From Candidatus Iainarchaeum sp. (GTDB lineage Archaea; Iainarchaeota; Iainarchaeia; Iainarchaeales; CSSED10-239), in assembly GCA_028700115.1 (NCBI GenBank), contig JAQVTI010000001.1, positions 60,001 to 92,000 of the forward strand: a DNA stretch of 32,000 bases, given 5' to 3'. The translations under genes and the position numbers were made by a program. The notes under the pieces were generated by a model. The model searched no databases. It was given only the letters and a program-made list of their open reading frames with translations, and was not told the origin of the DNA. Positions within the stretch are counted from its first letter, which is position 1, and each line of letters starts with the position of its first letter. Of this stretch, positions 1 through 8,257 are shown piece by piece.

Positions 1-34
1 AACAACTAGATGTAATTTACATACATAGATAAAG

Positions 35-74
35 TTACCCTGGACCCTACAGAAATATTAAAAGTCCAGGGTAA
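35..74. terminator. Perfect 11-bp inverted repeat (TTACCCTGGAC / GTCCAGGGTAA) with an 18-nt loop; putative bidirectional terminator hairpin
   Basis: Arms at 35-45 and 64-74 are exact reverse complements and are unusually G+C-containing for this window. On the + strand the hairpin is followed by GTTTATTTATTTT. It lies just downstream of the ogg stop (81) and of a possible + strand gene end (TAG at 7-9). Confidence 0.4.
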
Positions 75-80
75 GTTTAT

Positions 81-716
81 TTATTTTAAAACTTCACCAG
101 TCTCAAGATACCAAAGATATAAATCTAATTCTCCTTGAGTAAGTTTAAGTTTCTTAGACATCTTAGATAAAATTTCTTCAATCTCTAGATATCTTTGTTT
201 ATTTAGAGTTTTTGGTTTTTCTTTTAAAAACTTATAATCTATTAACACATCAATTATATGAAAATCAATTATTGCATAATTAAAAAAACCTATATTTCTT
301 AGAAAATGAGAAGCTTCCTTATAAGATAAACCCTTTATGTTTTTTACAATATACTCTCTTCTCTCAAGATCGTCTTTAAAAGAAAATATATTTTTTCTTA
401 AATCTTTTATAAACTGACGATTATAAACAATAAAAGAAGACCTTAGATTTGGATATCTATAACCTAGTTCTTTAAGTTTAGATGAAAGCTTTTTTTCAGA
501 AAAAGAAATAAAACCAGATTTAATTTTCTTAGTAATCTCAATTGCTCTTTTTGCACTATAGTTTGCAGTAAGGTTACAAAAGCTCATTTCCAAGAAAAGA
601 TATTTAGAAGGCTTTTTCTGAAATGATAAAAACTCACTTTTTCTTTTCTCAATAACTTTTCTAATATCTGATTTTTTTAAATCATTTACTTTCTTAAACA
701 AATCTTTTTGGTTCAT
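81..716 (-). CDS. ogg: N-glycosylase/DNA lyase, Ogg2-type 8-oxoguanine DNA glycosylase (HhH-GPD superfamily)
   Basis: 211-aa ORF with an ATG start. The helix-hairpin-helix/catalytic-Lys motif GLSYKEASHFLRNIG is followed by AIIDFHIIDVL, as in archaeal/Thermotoga Ogg2 proteins. Length is typical of the family. Confidence 0.85.
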   Translation of the reverse strand: MNQKDLFKKVNDLKKSDIRKVIEKRKSEFLSFQKKPSKYLFLEMSFCNLTANYSAKRAIEITKKIKSGFISFSEKKLSSKLKELGYRYPNLRSSFIVYNRQFIKDLRKNIFSFKDDLERREYIVKNIKGLSYKEASHFLRNIGFFNYAIIDFHIIDVLIDYKFLKEKPKTLNKQRYLEIEEILSKMSKKLKLTQGELDLYLWYLETGEVLK

Positions 717-727
717 AATAAAAAAAT

Positions 728-750
728 AAAAGAACTATTAAAGTTCTTTT
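728..750 (-). terminator. Weak hairpin (AAAAGAAC, 7-nt loop, GTTCTTTT) spanning the dfx stop, followed on the minus strand by a T-rich tract
   Basis: 8-bp inverted repeat at 728-735 / 743-750. The minus-strand transcript would continue with UUUUAUUUUUUUAUU. Only two G:C pairs, so the hairpin is weak. Confidence 0.25.
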
Positions 751-1121
751 TTCCAAAATCCATGTAAGTTACAATATTCTCTTGCAATAACTTTTTGACC
801 TTTCTTAACACAAAAATTAACTATAGGTTTATCTTCTGGTTTTAGATGCTTAATATAACTTACATCATCTACAATTAACTCAATCCATTTAATATAATGC
901 CCTTCTTCCATAGGATGTAAGACTTCACCAACAATTACTTCATAACCATTTTCTGTTTCTTTGATTACAGGAACATGCTTTTCGTTTGCTGCATCAGTTG
1001 TATTTTCTTCAAGTCTAGACATAGGCTTATTACAACAAACAAGTTGACCCATACCAGTATCTAACACTTCAACTATGTTTCCACAAATCTCACATTTGTA
1101 AACTTCTTTTAATTTAGTCAT
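738..1121 (-). CDS. dfx: Desulfoferrodoxin (2Fe superoxide reductase)
   Basis: 127 aa. The N-terminal desulforedoxin-like Cys cluster (CEICGNIVEV...VCC) is followed by a neelaredoxin-type domain (EKHVPVI..., HPMEEGHYIKWIEL, C-terminal CNLHG). GAGGTG Shine-Dalgarno lies upstream of the ATG. Confidence 0.9.
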   Translation of the reverse strand: MTKLKEVYKCEICGNIVEVLDTGMGQLVCCNKPMSRLEENTTDAANEKHVPVIKETENGYEVIVGEVLHPMEEGHYIKWIELIVDDVSYIKHLKPEDKPIVNFCVKKGQKVIAREYCNLHGFWKKEL

Positions 1122-1143
1122 TTTTAAAACACCTCAAATATTT

Positions 1144-1497
1144 TTATTTTTTTAAAGACTTCTCAATAGATTTAACACCATACTCAAAAGAAAAACCATC
1201 CATATTCAAAGAAACTTTTCTTTTTTCAAGTTCATCTAGAAACTCTCTATAAGACAAACCAGAAATTTCTGCTCCTTCTGATAAATTAATTTCTCTTTTT
1301 TTATAAGCTTCAATTGCTTTTTTTAGTTTATACTCAGAAATATCATTTTCTATTAAATGCCTAATATACTCAGACTCACTTATGTTTTTTTCTTTAGAGA
1401 TTAAATATACACTCTCCATAACAGAGTCTTTTAATCTTAAAGTCTTAACATTCATTTTACTACAATCTTTATATTCTTTTGATTTCATAAAAACCAC
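1144..1497 (-). CDS. Antitoxin-like protein, ribbon-helix-helix segment fused to a UPF0175-type HTH
   Basis: VKTLRLKDSVMESVYLISKEKNISESEYIRHLIEN fits a strand-helix-helix (CopG-like) pattern. AIEAYKKREINLSEGAEISGLSYREFLDELEKRKV matches the UPF0175 signature. The start is uncertain: GTG at 1497, ATG at 1488 or ATG at 1455. The 1455 start removes the 29-nt overlap with the upstream gene. Confidence 0.6.
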   Translation of the reverse strand: MVFMKSKEYKDCSKMNVKTLRLKDSVMESVYLISKEKNISESEYIRHLIENDISEYKLKKAIEAYKKREINLSEGAEISGLSYREFLDELEKRKVSLNMDGFSFEYGVKSIEKSLKK

Positions 1498-1993
1498 ATA
1501 TTTCTTTTAAATAATTTTTAGGTATAGAATCACAAATAATTCTTAATTTATCTTTTAATCCATTTTTCTTAATTTTTTTATGTTTATACAAATAAAACAT
1601 AAACTCAACAATGTTTGAACATAATATATTATTTTTCACACAAAAACTATAAGGCCTACCATTATCAATAAACACAATTGCCTTAATTTCTTTTGCAAGC
1701 AAGATACTAAAATATTCTCCTGAATTTTTAGATACTTGAAATGGTAAATTTTTATTAACTAAAGTTTTTGGTTGTTTAATAAGTATTTTTTTATCTTCAA
1801 CTAATTTTAATAAAAATCTAATATCAAATGGAAGATATAAACTTTTGTCTTTAAAATATGTTATTTCTTCATAAACCTTTTTAGTCATCACTAAATCATA
1901 ATGTTCTAAAAAGATATTTATTAAATTAGTTTTAACTAGATGAATATAAAAAGAGGAATCTAATATAGCTAAAGGTTTTTTTGAAATAACCAT
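1469..1993 (-). CDS. PIN-like (DUF3368-type) predicted nucleic-acid-binding protein, putative toxin partner of UPF0175
   Basis: 174 aa. The N-terminal LAILDSSFYIHLVKTNLINIFLEHYDLVMTKKVYEEI follows the D...L..L....v.P..V..E pattern of DUF3368/PIN-like proteins. It is directly adjacent to a UPF0175-type gene, the usual partner. Confidence 0.55.
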   Translation of the reverse strand: MVISKKPLAILDSSFYIHLVKTNLINIFLEHYDLVMTKKVYEEITYFKDKSLYLPFDIRFLLKLVEDKKILIKQPKTLVNKNLPFQVSKNSGEYFSILLAKEIKAIVFIDNGRPYSFCVKNNILCSNIVEFMFYLYKHKKIKKNGLKDKLRIICDSIPKNYLKEICGFYEIKRI

Positions 1994-2024
1994 ATATATT
2001 ATATAAACAGAAATGTTTTTAAAT

Positions 2025-2041
2025 GTATTACATAGTAATAC
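2025..2041. promoter_or_regulatory. Perfect 17-bp palindrome GTATTACATAGTAATAC upstream of the PIN-like/UPF0175 operon; candidate operator
   Basis: 7-bp arms with a 3-nt centre, 32-48 nt upstream of the ATG at 1993. An A/T TATA-like stretch lies further upstream (about 2045-2060 on the minus strand). It could also be the rbr terminator hairpin. Confidence 0.3.
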
Positions 2042-2066
2042 AAATAAAAACAGATTTTAAAAAATC

Positions 2067-2651
2067 CTAATAATCTTCACATTGTTTTTCAAAATAATTA
2101 TAAGGATGATCACAAGATGGACATTTCTCAGGAGGCTTAGTTCCTTCTTCTAAATAACCACATTTTCTACAAATCCAATATACTTTATTTTCTTTTTCAA
2201 ACATTGTATTATTTTCAATTTCTTTTAAAAGTTTAGAAAATCTATCTTCATGATGTTTTTCTGCAACTGCAATTGATTTTAATCTATCTGCAATATCATC
2301 AAGTCCTTCTTCTCTTGCAATCTTAGAATAATCAGGATACATTGTAGTATTTTCAAAATTTTCTCCTTTAATTGCAGATTTAAGATTTTCTTTTGTATTT
2401 CCTAGAGTTGTAGGAACTTCAACTTCTAGTTTTAAATCTTCAAACTTCTGATTATTTTTTTCAAGTAAACTATTTAAAAGTCTAAAAAGCCATTTTGCAT
2501 GTTCAGTTTCTTGAGTTGCAGTTGCTTCAAAAACTTCAGTTATTTTTTCAAATCCTTCTTTTTTTGCAATCTTTGCATAAAATGTATATCTATTTCTTGC
2601 TTGGCATTCTCCAACATATGCATTTGCTAAATTTAAAATTGTTTTATTCAT
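2067..2651 (-). CDS. rbr: Rubrerythrin (diiron four-helix bundle plus C-terminal rubredoxin-like domain)
   Basis: ANAYVGECQARNRYTFYA, ATQETEHAKWLF and AVAEKHHEDRF are the ExxH diiron motifs. The C-terminal CRKCG...CPSCDHP is the rubredoxin-like part. The likely start is ATG 2651 (MNKTIL) with GAGGTG 6 nt upstream; the track start at 2660 is the GTG inside that SD. The gene ends at TAG. Confidence 0.9.
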   Translation of the reverse strand: MNKTILNLANAYVGECQARNRYTFYAKIAKKEGFEKITEVFEATATQETEHAKWLFRLLNSLLEKNNQKFEDLKLEVEVPTTLGNTKENLKSAIKGENFENTTMYPDYSKIAREEGLDDIADRLKSIAVAEKHHEDRFSKLLKEIENNTMFEKENKVYWICRKCGYLEEGTKPPEKCPSCDHPYNYFEKQCEDY

Positions 2652-2752
2652 AAAATACACCTCTTATTTTTAATATATTTAGATATATTAAAAACAAAAA
2701 GTATTAAATAGTATTTTATTAATATATAATATAGAAAAAAAGTGATAATTAT

Positions 2753-3586
2753 ATGGATATTTTAGAAAATATAGATTATTTAATAAATAACTCAAGAGAA
2801 GTATATAGATCAATTATAGTTCCATTATATCAATTAAAAAAAGAAGAACTTATTCTAACTTTAAAAAAACTAGAAACATCTCTTGAAAAGTTAGCACAAG
2901 ATACAATCTCAATTAATAGAAAAACATTAATACAATACTCAATTGAGATAAATACATCTAAAATGCAACTTTTCCATGAAGATTTTCTAATACTTGCAAA
3001 TAATATAAAAAAACAAATCTTTCTAGAAGAAAACAAAGCAGAAGTAAAAAATCAATTACTAAATATAAAAGAAGCAATTTCACATCCTCAAACATATTAT
3101 GATATTGAAGAAAAACTAAAAAATGAAATAAATATTTATATTGATTTTCTAGAAAGTGCAAAACTACAAATTAAAAATAAATACATAGACATAAGTAAAG
3201 AGAAAAAAACAAAAGAAGAACTTCTAAAAATAATAGAAGCTAAAAATCATGTAATAAAAGAACAACATAAAAAAATAAATGATTATTCATGGCTTGAGGC
3301 TAAAGAAAAGGCAAAAGATTCTAAAATCTCAGGTCTAGAAGAAGCTCTTTTAAAAAAAGTAAAAGTTACAGAAGAAAGACAAATTCTTCTAAAAATACAT
3401 GTTTCTAAAATAGAGTCTGAAATAAATGAAATTTATAGACATATAAAAAACCTAAATCACGATATTAAAAGTTTAGATAATTTTAATCTAGAAAAAGAAC
3501 AAATTTCTCTAGAGTTAATAAGAGAACTAAAAGATGAGCTTCTAGCAACTAGATATGCTCTATCTAAAAAACTAAATAAAGAATAA
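2753..3586 (+). CDS. Cytoplasmic coiled-coil protein, function unknown
   Basis: 277 aa with a Lys/Glu/Leu/Ile-rich heptad-like sequence throughout and no hydrophobic segment. Its stop is 2 nt before the start of the next gene. Confidence 0.7.
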   Translation: MDILENIDYLINNSREVYRSIIVPLYQLKKEELILTLKKLETSLEKLAQDTISINRKTLIQYSIEINTSKMQLFHEDFLILANNIKKQIFLEENKAEVKNQLLNIKEAISHPQTYYDIEEKLKNEINIYIDFLESAKLQIKNKYIDISKEKKTKEELLKIIEAKNHVIKEQHKKINDYSWLEAKEKAKDSKISGLEEALLKKVKVTEERQILLKIHVSKIESEINEIYRHIKNLNHDIKSLDNFNLEKEQISLELIRELKDELLATRYALSKKLNKE

Positions 3587-3588
3587 AT

Positions 3589-5097
3589 ATGAGTAACTAC
3601 GATCCATTCGGAGGAGATTTAAAAAGTAATTCTCCATTTAAATCTAATGAGTATAGTTATGGGTATGACACAAAGCCTAAGAAAAAAGGAAGTGGATTGA
3701 TAGTTTTATTAGTTATTTTATTAATAGGTGTATTTTTAGCAAAATACTTTTTATTTAACACAGCAGAAGTATCTTTTGATATAAAAGATATTGAAGGAGA
3801 TTCAATTGATGCAAAAATACTTCTTGCAAAAGATTCTTCTTTTAATAGAAATCTAGAAATTTTTTCTCCAGGTGTAAGTAAAGAGATCAAAAAAGGCACA
3901 TATTATCTTAAAGTTGAAAAAACAGGATATATTCCTCTAAAAATGGAAGATGTAGAAATAAAGGAAGATGGAGAAATTAAATTAGATCCTTTAGAAAAAA
4001 ACATATCTCTAACTATAACAAATCTTTCTTTTGAAGAAGAAATTTATGCAGGACAAAGATTAAATCTAATAATAAGTCTTGATAATAAATCTACTGAAGA
4101 ATTTAATGCAGATTGTTTTACTTTAGAAGGAGATTTTAAAGATTGGAATTATATATATGTAGATACTCAAGGTTTTGAAATAAATAAAGATAGTATTAAG
4201 ATAAATCCAAAAACTAAACAAAGTGTAATTTTACAAATGCAGGTTCCAACAGACATAGACCCAGATGAATATACAGGAAAGGTAAGAATTAAATATAGAG
4301 ATTCTTCAAAAGAAATTGAATATGAAGTTATTGAAGAACCTGAAATAACATATACTTTTAATTTAGAAGATTCTCTTGAGAGTGGTTCTTCAAAAACATA
4401 TAAACTTACAGTTGATAATAGGAAAAACAATGTAACAATTAGTGATTTAAAAATAGATTTTGATATAAATTCAGAAAATAATACAAATGTAAGAAATTAT
4501 TTTCCAAAAAGCGAAATTATAGAAATTGCTTCAAAAAAGAAAATAGAAAAAGCAATAAATGTGGAAATTCCAGTTAGTGCTGTTTCTGATAATTTAGAAG
4601 GAAATTTAGTTTTGTCTTCAAGTAGCTTTAGAGAAGATGTTTTACTTCCTTTATCTCTAGAGATAACTGAACCAGAAATTAACTTAGATCTAGACTTATC
4701 TAAAGAAAATGTTACATTAACAGTTGATCCTGATACTAACCTTTTAGAAAATACAACTTCTACTCTAACAATTACAAACAATAACAAAGTAGACTTAGAT
4801 ATTTCAAATATTTATTATGAAAATATATCTCTTCAGACAGACTGTCAAAACTTAGTTTATATTTCAGAAAATGTAATTCCTTCAAAGATATTAACAAACA
4901 CAAGTCATGATGTTTTAATTAACCTTGTGTATATGCAAGACCCAGAAGGAAATAACCCAACTGCTCCTGAGATAACAGATTTTTCATTCCTTAAGGGAAC
5001 AACTAGAAGTTGTCAAATAAATGTAAGGTTTAGACACCCTTATAGACCAGATGAAATAGTTGAACTTTCAAAGATAATAACAGTTAATGTGAATTAA
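3589..5097 (+). CDS. Single-pass surface protein: short cytoplasmic tail, TM helix, PEGA/carboxypeptidase-regulatory-like domain, then CARDB/Ig-like beta modules
   Basis: TM helix GLIVLLVILLIGVFLAKYFLF lies after a 36-aa tail. GTYYLKVEKTGYIPLKMEDVEI resembles the PEGA motif. This is followed by three roughly 100-aa Ser/Thr/Asn-rich beta-type segments with many N-x-S/T sequons. The domain calls are made by eye only. Confidence 0.6.
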   Translation: MSNYDPFGGDLKSNSPFKSNEYSYGYDTKPKKKGSGLIVLLVILLIGVFLAKYFLFNTAEVSFDIKDIEGDSIDAKILLAKDSSFNRNLEIFSPGVSKEIKKGTYYLKVEKTGYIPLKMEDVEIKEDGEIKLDPLEKNISLTITNLSFEEEIYAGQRLNLIISLDNKSTEEFNADCFTLEGDFKDWNYIYVDTQGFEINKDSIKINPKTKQSVILQMQVPTDIDPDEYTGKVRIKYRDSSKEIEYEVIEEPEITYTFNLEDSLESGSSKTYKLTVDNRKNNVTISDLKIDFDINSENNTNVRNYFPKSEIIEIASKKKIEKAINVEIPVSAVSDNLEGNLVLSSSSFREDVLLPLSLEITEPEINLDLDLSKENVTLTVDPDTNLLENTTSTLTITNNNKVDLDISNIYYENISLQTDCQNLVYISENVIPSKILTNTSHDVLINLVYMQDPEGNNPTAPEITDFSFLKGTTRSCQINVRFRHPYRPDEIVELSKIITVNVN

Positions 5098-5100
5098 ATT

Positions 5101-5745
5101 ATGAAAAAACAAGATAAATTTAAAATACAAGTAAATAAAGACCATTATTATAATAATTATGATGATATACTTAGATGGATATCATATTATTATCAAATAG
5201 ATAATATTTTAAAATTAAAACCTAAATCTGTTTTAGAAATAGGTGTTGGAAATAAAACCACATATAATTATTTAAAAGATAAAATAAATATTACAACTTG
5301 TGATTTTGATAAAAATCTAAAACCAGACATTGTAGGAGATATAAGAAATCTACCTATAAAAGATAAAACCTATGATGTAGTTTGTGCTTTTGAAGTTTTA
5401 GAACACATTCCTTTTTCAGATTTTAAAAAAGCAATAAAAGAATTAAAAAGAGTATCTAAAAAATATGTAATTATATCTATACCATATAGTTCAATTTATT
5501 TTAATAATGTATTTAAATTTCCTTTAATTAATAGAATATTTCACAAAAGATTTATAGAAATGACTATAAAAATACCATTATTTTTTAAAAAACATAAATT
5601 TAATGGAGAACATTACTGGGAAATTGGAAAAAAAGGATATCCTATTAAAAAAATAAGAAAAATAATAAAAACAGAATATAAAATAATAAAAGAAGAAAGT
5701 TCTTTATTAAATAAATATCACTATTATTTTATATTACAAAAATAA
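5101..5745 (+). CDS. Class I SAM-dependent methyltransferase
   Basis: Motif I VLEIGVGNKTT; post-I acidic residue at ...TCDFD; motif IV-like YDVVCAFEVLEHIP. Confidence 0.75.
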   Translation: MKKQDKFKIQVNKDHYYNNYDDILRWISYYYQIDNILKLKPKSVLEIGVGNKTTYNYLKDKINITTCDFDKNLKPDIVGDIRNLPIKDKTYDVVCAFEVLEHIPFSDFKKAIKELKRVSKKYVIISIPYSSIYFNNVFKFPLINRIFHKRFIEMTIKIPLFFKKHKFNGEHYWEIGKKGYPIKKIRKIIKTEYKIIKEESSLLNKYHYYFILQK

Positions 5746-5752
5746 AATATTT

Positions 5753-6654
5753 TTAATAATAGCCATATTTTTTTAATCCAAGTTTATATTTTTTATCTAA
5801 TTTTTTATTATCTTCTTTACACATCTCAAGTATCTTTTTACAAGTACCTGTTTTATCTCTATAAGGCAGATCAAATTTATTAATAAAATTATCCCATTTG
5901 TCAGAAATATTTAATTTTCTTAAAATGCCTCTAAAAGTTGCAAATTTCCAAGATTTTTTATCAAATAAATAAACAGGAACACCTTTATAAAATCCATTAG
6001 GATTATTTAAAGAATATTTAAAATTATTTAAAAATCTATTATATATAGTCCTAAATAAACCAAATTTAGAATTAATAATTTTTAATTCATATTTTGGGAC
6101 ACTACATTCACAAAATACACAAACCTCTTTAATAACATTATCTGGTTGCTCACAAAATTTTTCAAAAGGAACAATTAAAACATTTTTCTTTCCAAATAAT
6201 TTAACTATATAATCAATATAATTTAAATAATAAAAATTAAATAAATTAGGAATAAAAACTTTCTAGAATCACGCCTATTATTCAAATTATAAAAAGATTT
6301 TAAAGATAATGTACTTCCTGTTTTGATAGTTTGTAAATACATAGATTTTGCTAAACTATCTTGTTTTCTAATAAATAAAATTATTTTAGATTTTTTTTGA
6401 ATTAAATATAATTTATCCAATATATCTTTTCTATTTATAACTCTTTCTTCAATCCATCCAGAAAGATGTTCTGAAGAATATAAACCAGATTTTAATTTAA
6501 ATTTTTTAAAATATAAAACATCATCAAAAATTAATCTATTAAAATACTTAAAATCAGTAAAATCAACATAATTCAAATTTAACTTTGGAAAAATTTCTTT
6601 TTGAAAGAAAGTAGATCCTGTTTTATGTAAACCAATATGAAATATAATAATCAT
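5753..6654 (-). pseudogene. Sulfotransferase-family gene split by a -1/+2 frameshift (N-terminal ORF 6223..6654; C-terminal open frame 5753..6262)
   Basis: The N-terminal part has the PAPS-binding-loop-like motif FHIGLHKTGSTFFQ. Hand translation of 6262->5753 in another frame gives ...YYLNYIDYIVKLFGKKNVLIVPFEKFCEQPDNVIKEVCVFCE...KKYGYY*, with no ATG near its beginning. That sequence looks like the rest of the same enzyme. The frames overlap at 6226-6262, which contains two T5 runs. Confidence 0.6.
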
Positions 6655-6688
6655 AAAAAAATTATCTTAAAAACATTTAAAAAAGCTA

Positions 6689-7075
6689 TTATTGATTAAT
6701 TTTAGATTTAATATAAGTAGAAGATATACCTTTAGTTCTAGATAAATAAACTATCTCACAATAAGGTTTTAAAAAATTAAATTTATCTTTCCAATCATCA
6801 CCCATAAAAAAAACATCAACATTATATTTTTTAACATCTTTAATTTTTTGATTCCAAGTATTTTCTGGAATAACTTTATCAACATATTTAATAGAACTTA
6901 ATAATTCTTTTCTGATTTTATAATTATAAAAACTAGTTTTATTTTTTAACTTATTAAATTCATCCGTAGATAAAGCAACAATTAAAAAATCAACTTTAGA
7001 TTTTGCTCTTTTTAATAAACGTACATGTCCATAATGCAAAATATCAAAAGTACCATAAGTAATACCTATTTTCAT
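6689..7075 (-). CDS. tagD: Glycerol-3-phosphate cytidylyltransferase (CDP-glycerol synthesis)
   Basis: 128 aa. GTFDILHYGHVRLLKRAK (HxGH motif), ALSTDEFN, IKYVDKVIPENTWNQK, FFMGDDWKDKFNFL and RTKGISST closely follow TagD/TarD. Confidence 0.9.
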   Translation of the reverse strand: MKIGITYGTFDILHYGHVRLLKRAKSKVDFLIVALSTDEFNKLKNKTSFYNYKIRKELLSSIKYVDKVIPENTWNQKIKDVKKYNVDVFFMGDDWKDKFNFLKPYCEIVYLSRTKGISSTYIKSKINQ

Positions 7076-8253
7076 AAATAATTCTCCTTTATAAAATAAT
7101 ATAATCTTTTAGAAGCAAACCCATCTTTATATTTATGCCTTAAGTCTAACATTAATCTTATTTTACTAGAATCCATAGAATCATATTTATCAAAATTAAA
7201 TAACAACGATTTATAATTATTTATAATCTTTCCAGGCAGCCAAAAATCAATAGGATCTAAAAATAACCCTCTATTATACTTAAATTTATTTAAATCAGAA
7301 TTTAAAATAAAAATAGGTTTATTTAATAATAAATAATCAATAGCTACAGAAGAATAATCAGTAATTAAAACATCAGAAGCACCCATAAAACTATATAAAT
7401 TAAAATTTAAAAAATTCAAATCAGAATTTAATATAAATAAAATATTTGACAATGAATCAAATTTATCTAATTTTTTTAGTCTTAAATCGTAAGGATGCAA
7501 TTTAACTAATAATAAAAAATTATTTTTTTTAAGATATAAATTAAATTTTTTCAAATTAAAATCTTTAAATAAAAATAAATTACTTAAATAATTCATATTA
7601 ACATTAGAATTAGAATATATTGAAAAATTATCTCTAAAAGTAGGCAAATAAAAATAAATCTTTTTATAATTTGAATTTTTACATTTATATAACAACAATT
7701 TAGTTAAATTTTTTTTTTGGAAATTAGAATTAAATAACACATCATTTCTAGCTAAGCCAAATAATAAAATTTTATTAGGATCTATATTATAAGCAGAAGA
7801 AAATTCTAATTTATCTATTTGAGAACAAAATATAAAATAACAATTTTTATTAACCCCATATTTAAATGCAGTATTTTGATTTAAAAAACGGCCCATATTT
7901 TTTAAAGCACAACCATGCCATAAATGAAAAACAACTCTTCGTTTTGATCTAAACCCTGTAAAACCACCATGACTTACAAAAATAAATTTTGAAAATAATA
8001 TTTTAAAAAAACCTTTTAAAGAATACAAATTATAAGATTTCACATTATATTTATTAAATAAATAATTTGATTCTTTATTATCATGACTAATCCAAATCAA
8101 ATTAAAGTTTTTTTTAGATTTCATAAATTTATAAAATGCATCAACATTAGAAAAATCACCATTATTTGATACAAAAATAAAATTATTTTTATATTTAGGA
8201 GTAATATAATCTAATAAACTTACTAACCTAAAAAACAAACTTTTAAAAATCAT
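7072..8253 (-). CDS. CDP-glycerol glycerophosphotransferase family protein (TagB/TagF-like)
   Basis: Family motifs HLWHGCALKNMG, YLPTFRD, VKLHPY and DVLITDYSSVAIDYLLLNKPI are present. It overlaps tagD by 4 nt. Confidence 0.85.
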   Translation of the reverse strand: MIFKSLFFRLVSLLDYITPKYKNNFIFVSNNGDFSNVDAFYKFMKSKKNFNLIWISHDNKESNYLFNKYNVKSYNLYSLKGFFKILFSKFIFVSHGGFTGFRSKRRVVFHLWHGCALKNMGRFLNQNTAFKYGVNKNCYFIFCSQIDKLEFSSAYNIDPNKILLFGLARNDVLFNSNFQKKNLTKLLLYKCKNSNYKKIYFYLPTFRDNFSIYSNSNVNMNYLSNLFLFKDFNLKKFNLYLKKNNFLLLVKLHPYDLRLKKLDKFDSLSNILFILNSDLNFLNFNLYSFMGASDVLITDYSSVAIDYLLLNKPIFILNSDLNKFKYNRGLFLDPIDFWLPGKIINNYKSLLFNFDKYDSMDSSKIRLMLDLRHKYKDGFASKRLYYFIKENYL

Positions 8254-8257
8254 AAAA

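Noticed and set aside
2670-2691. 9-bp inverted repeat TTAATATAT-TTAG-ATATATTAA just upstream of the rbr ribosome-binding site as a PerR/Fur-like operator
   Set aside because: It is composed only of A/T in a spacer that is almost pure A/T. TATA-like palindromes of this kind are expected by chance and as ordinary promoter elements, so nothing justifies a specific regulator call.
3589-3700. Shared D/N-P-F tripeptides in the cytoplasmic tails of two unrelated surface proteins (YDPFGGD at the N-tail of 3589..5097; DNPFDNF at the C-tail of 24694..26058) as a common docking motif
   Set aside because: There are only two occurrences of a three-residue pattern. Chance is a sufficient explanation, so a conserved linear motif cannot be supported without orthologue alignments.
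2830-4787. Antisense ORFs in the track (2830..3036, 2958..3161, 3657..3899, 4167..4430, 4497..4787), all on the minus strand
   Set aside because: They lie entirely inside the much longer, well-formed + strand genes 2753..3586 and 3589..5097. Their Phe/Leu/Ser-rich low-complexity products are what the reverse complement of Lys/Glu/Asn-rich AT-rich coding sequence yields. They show no motifs and no ribosome-binding sites.
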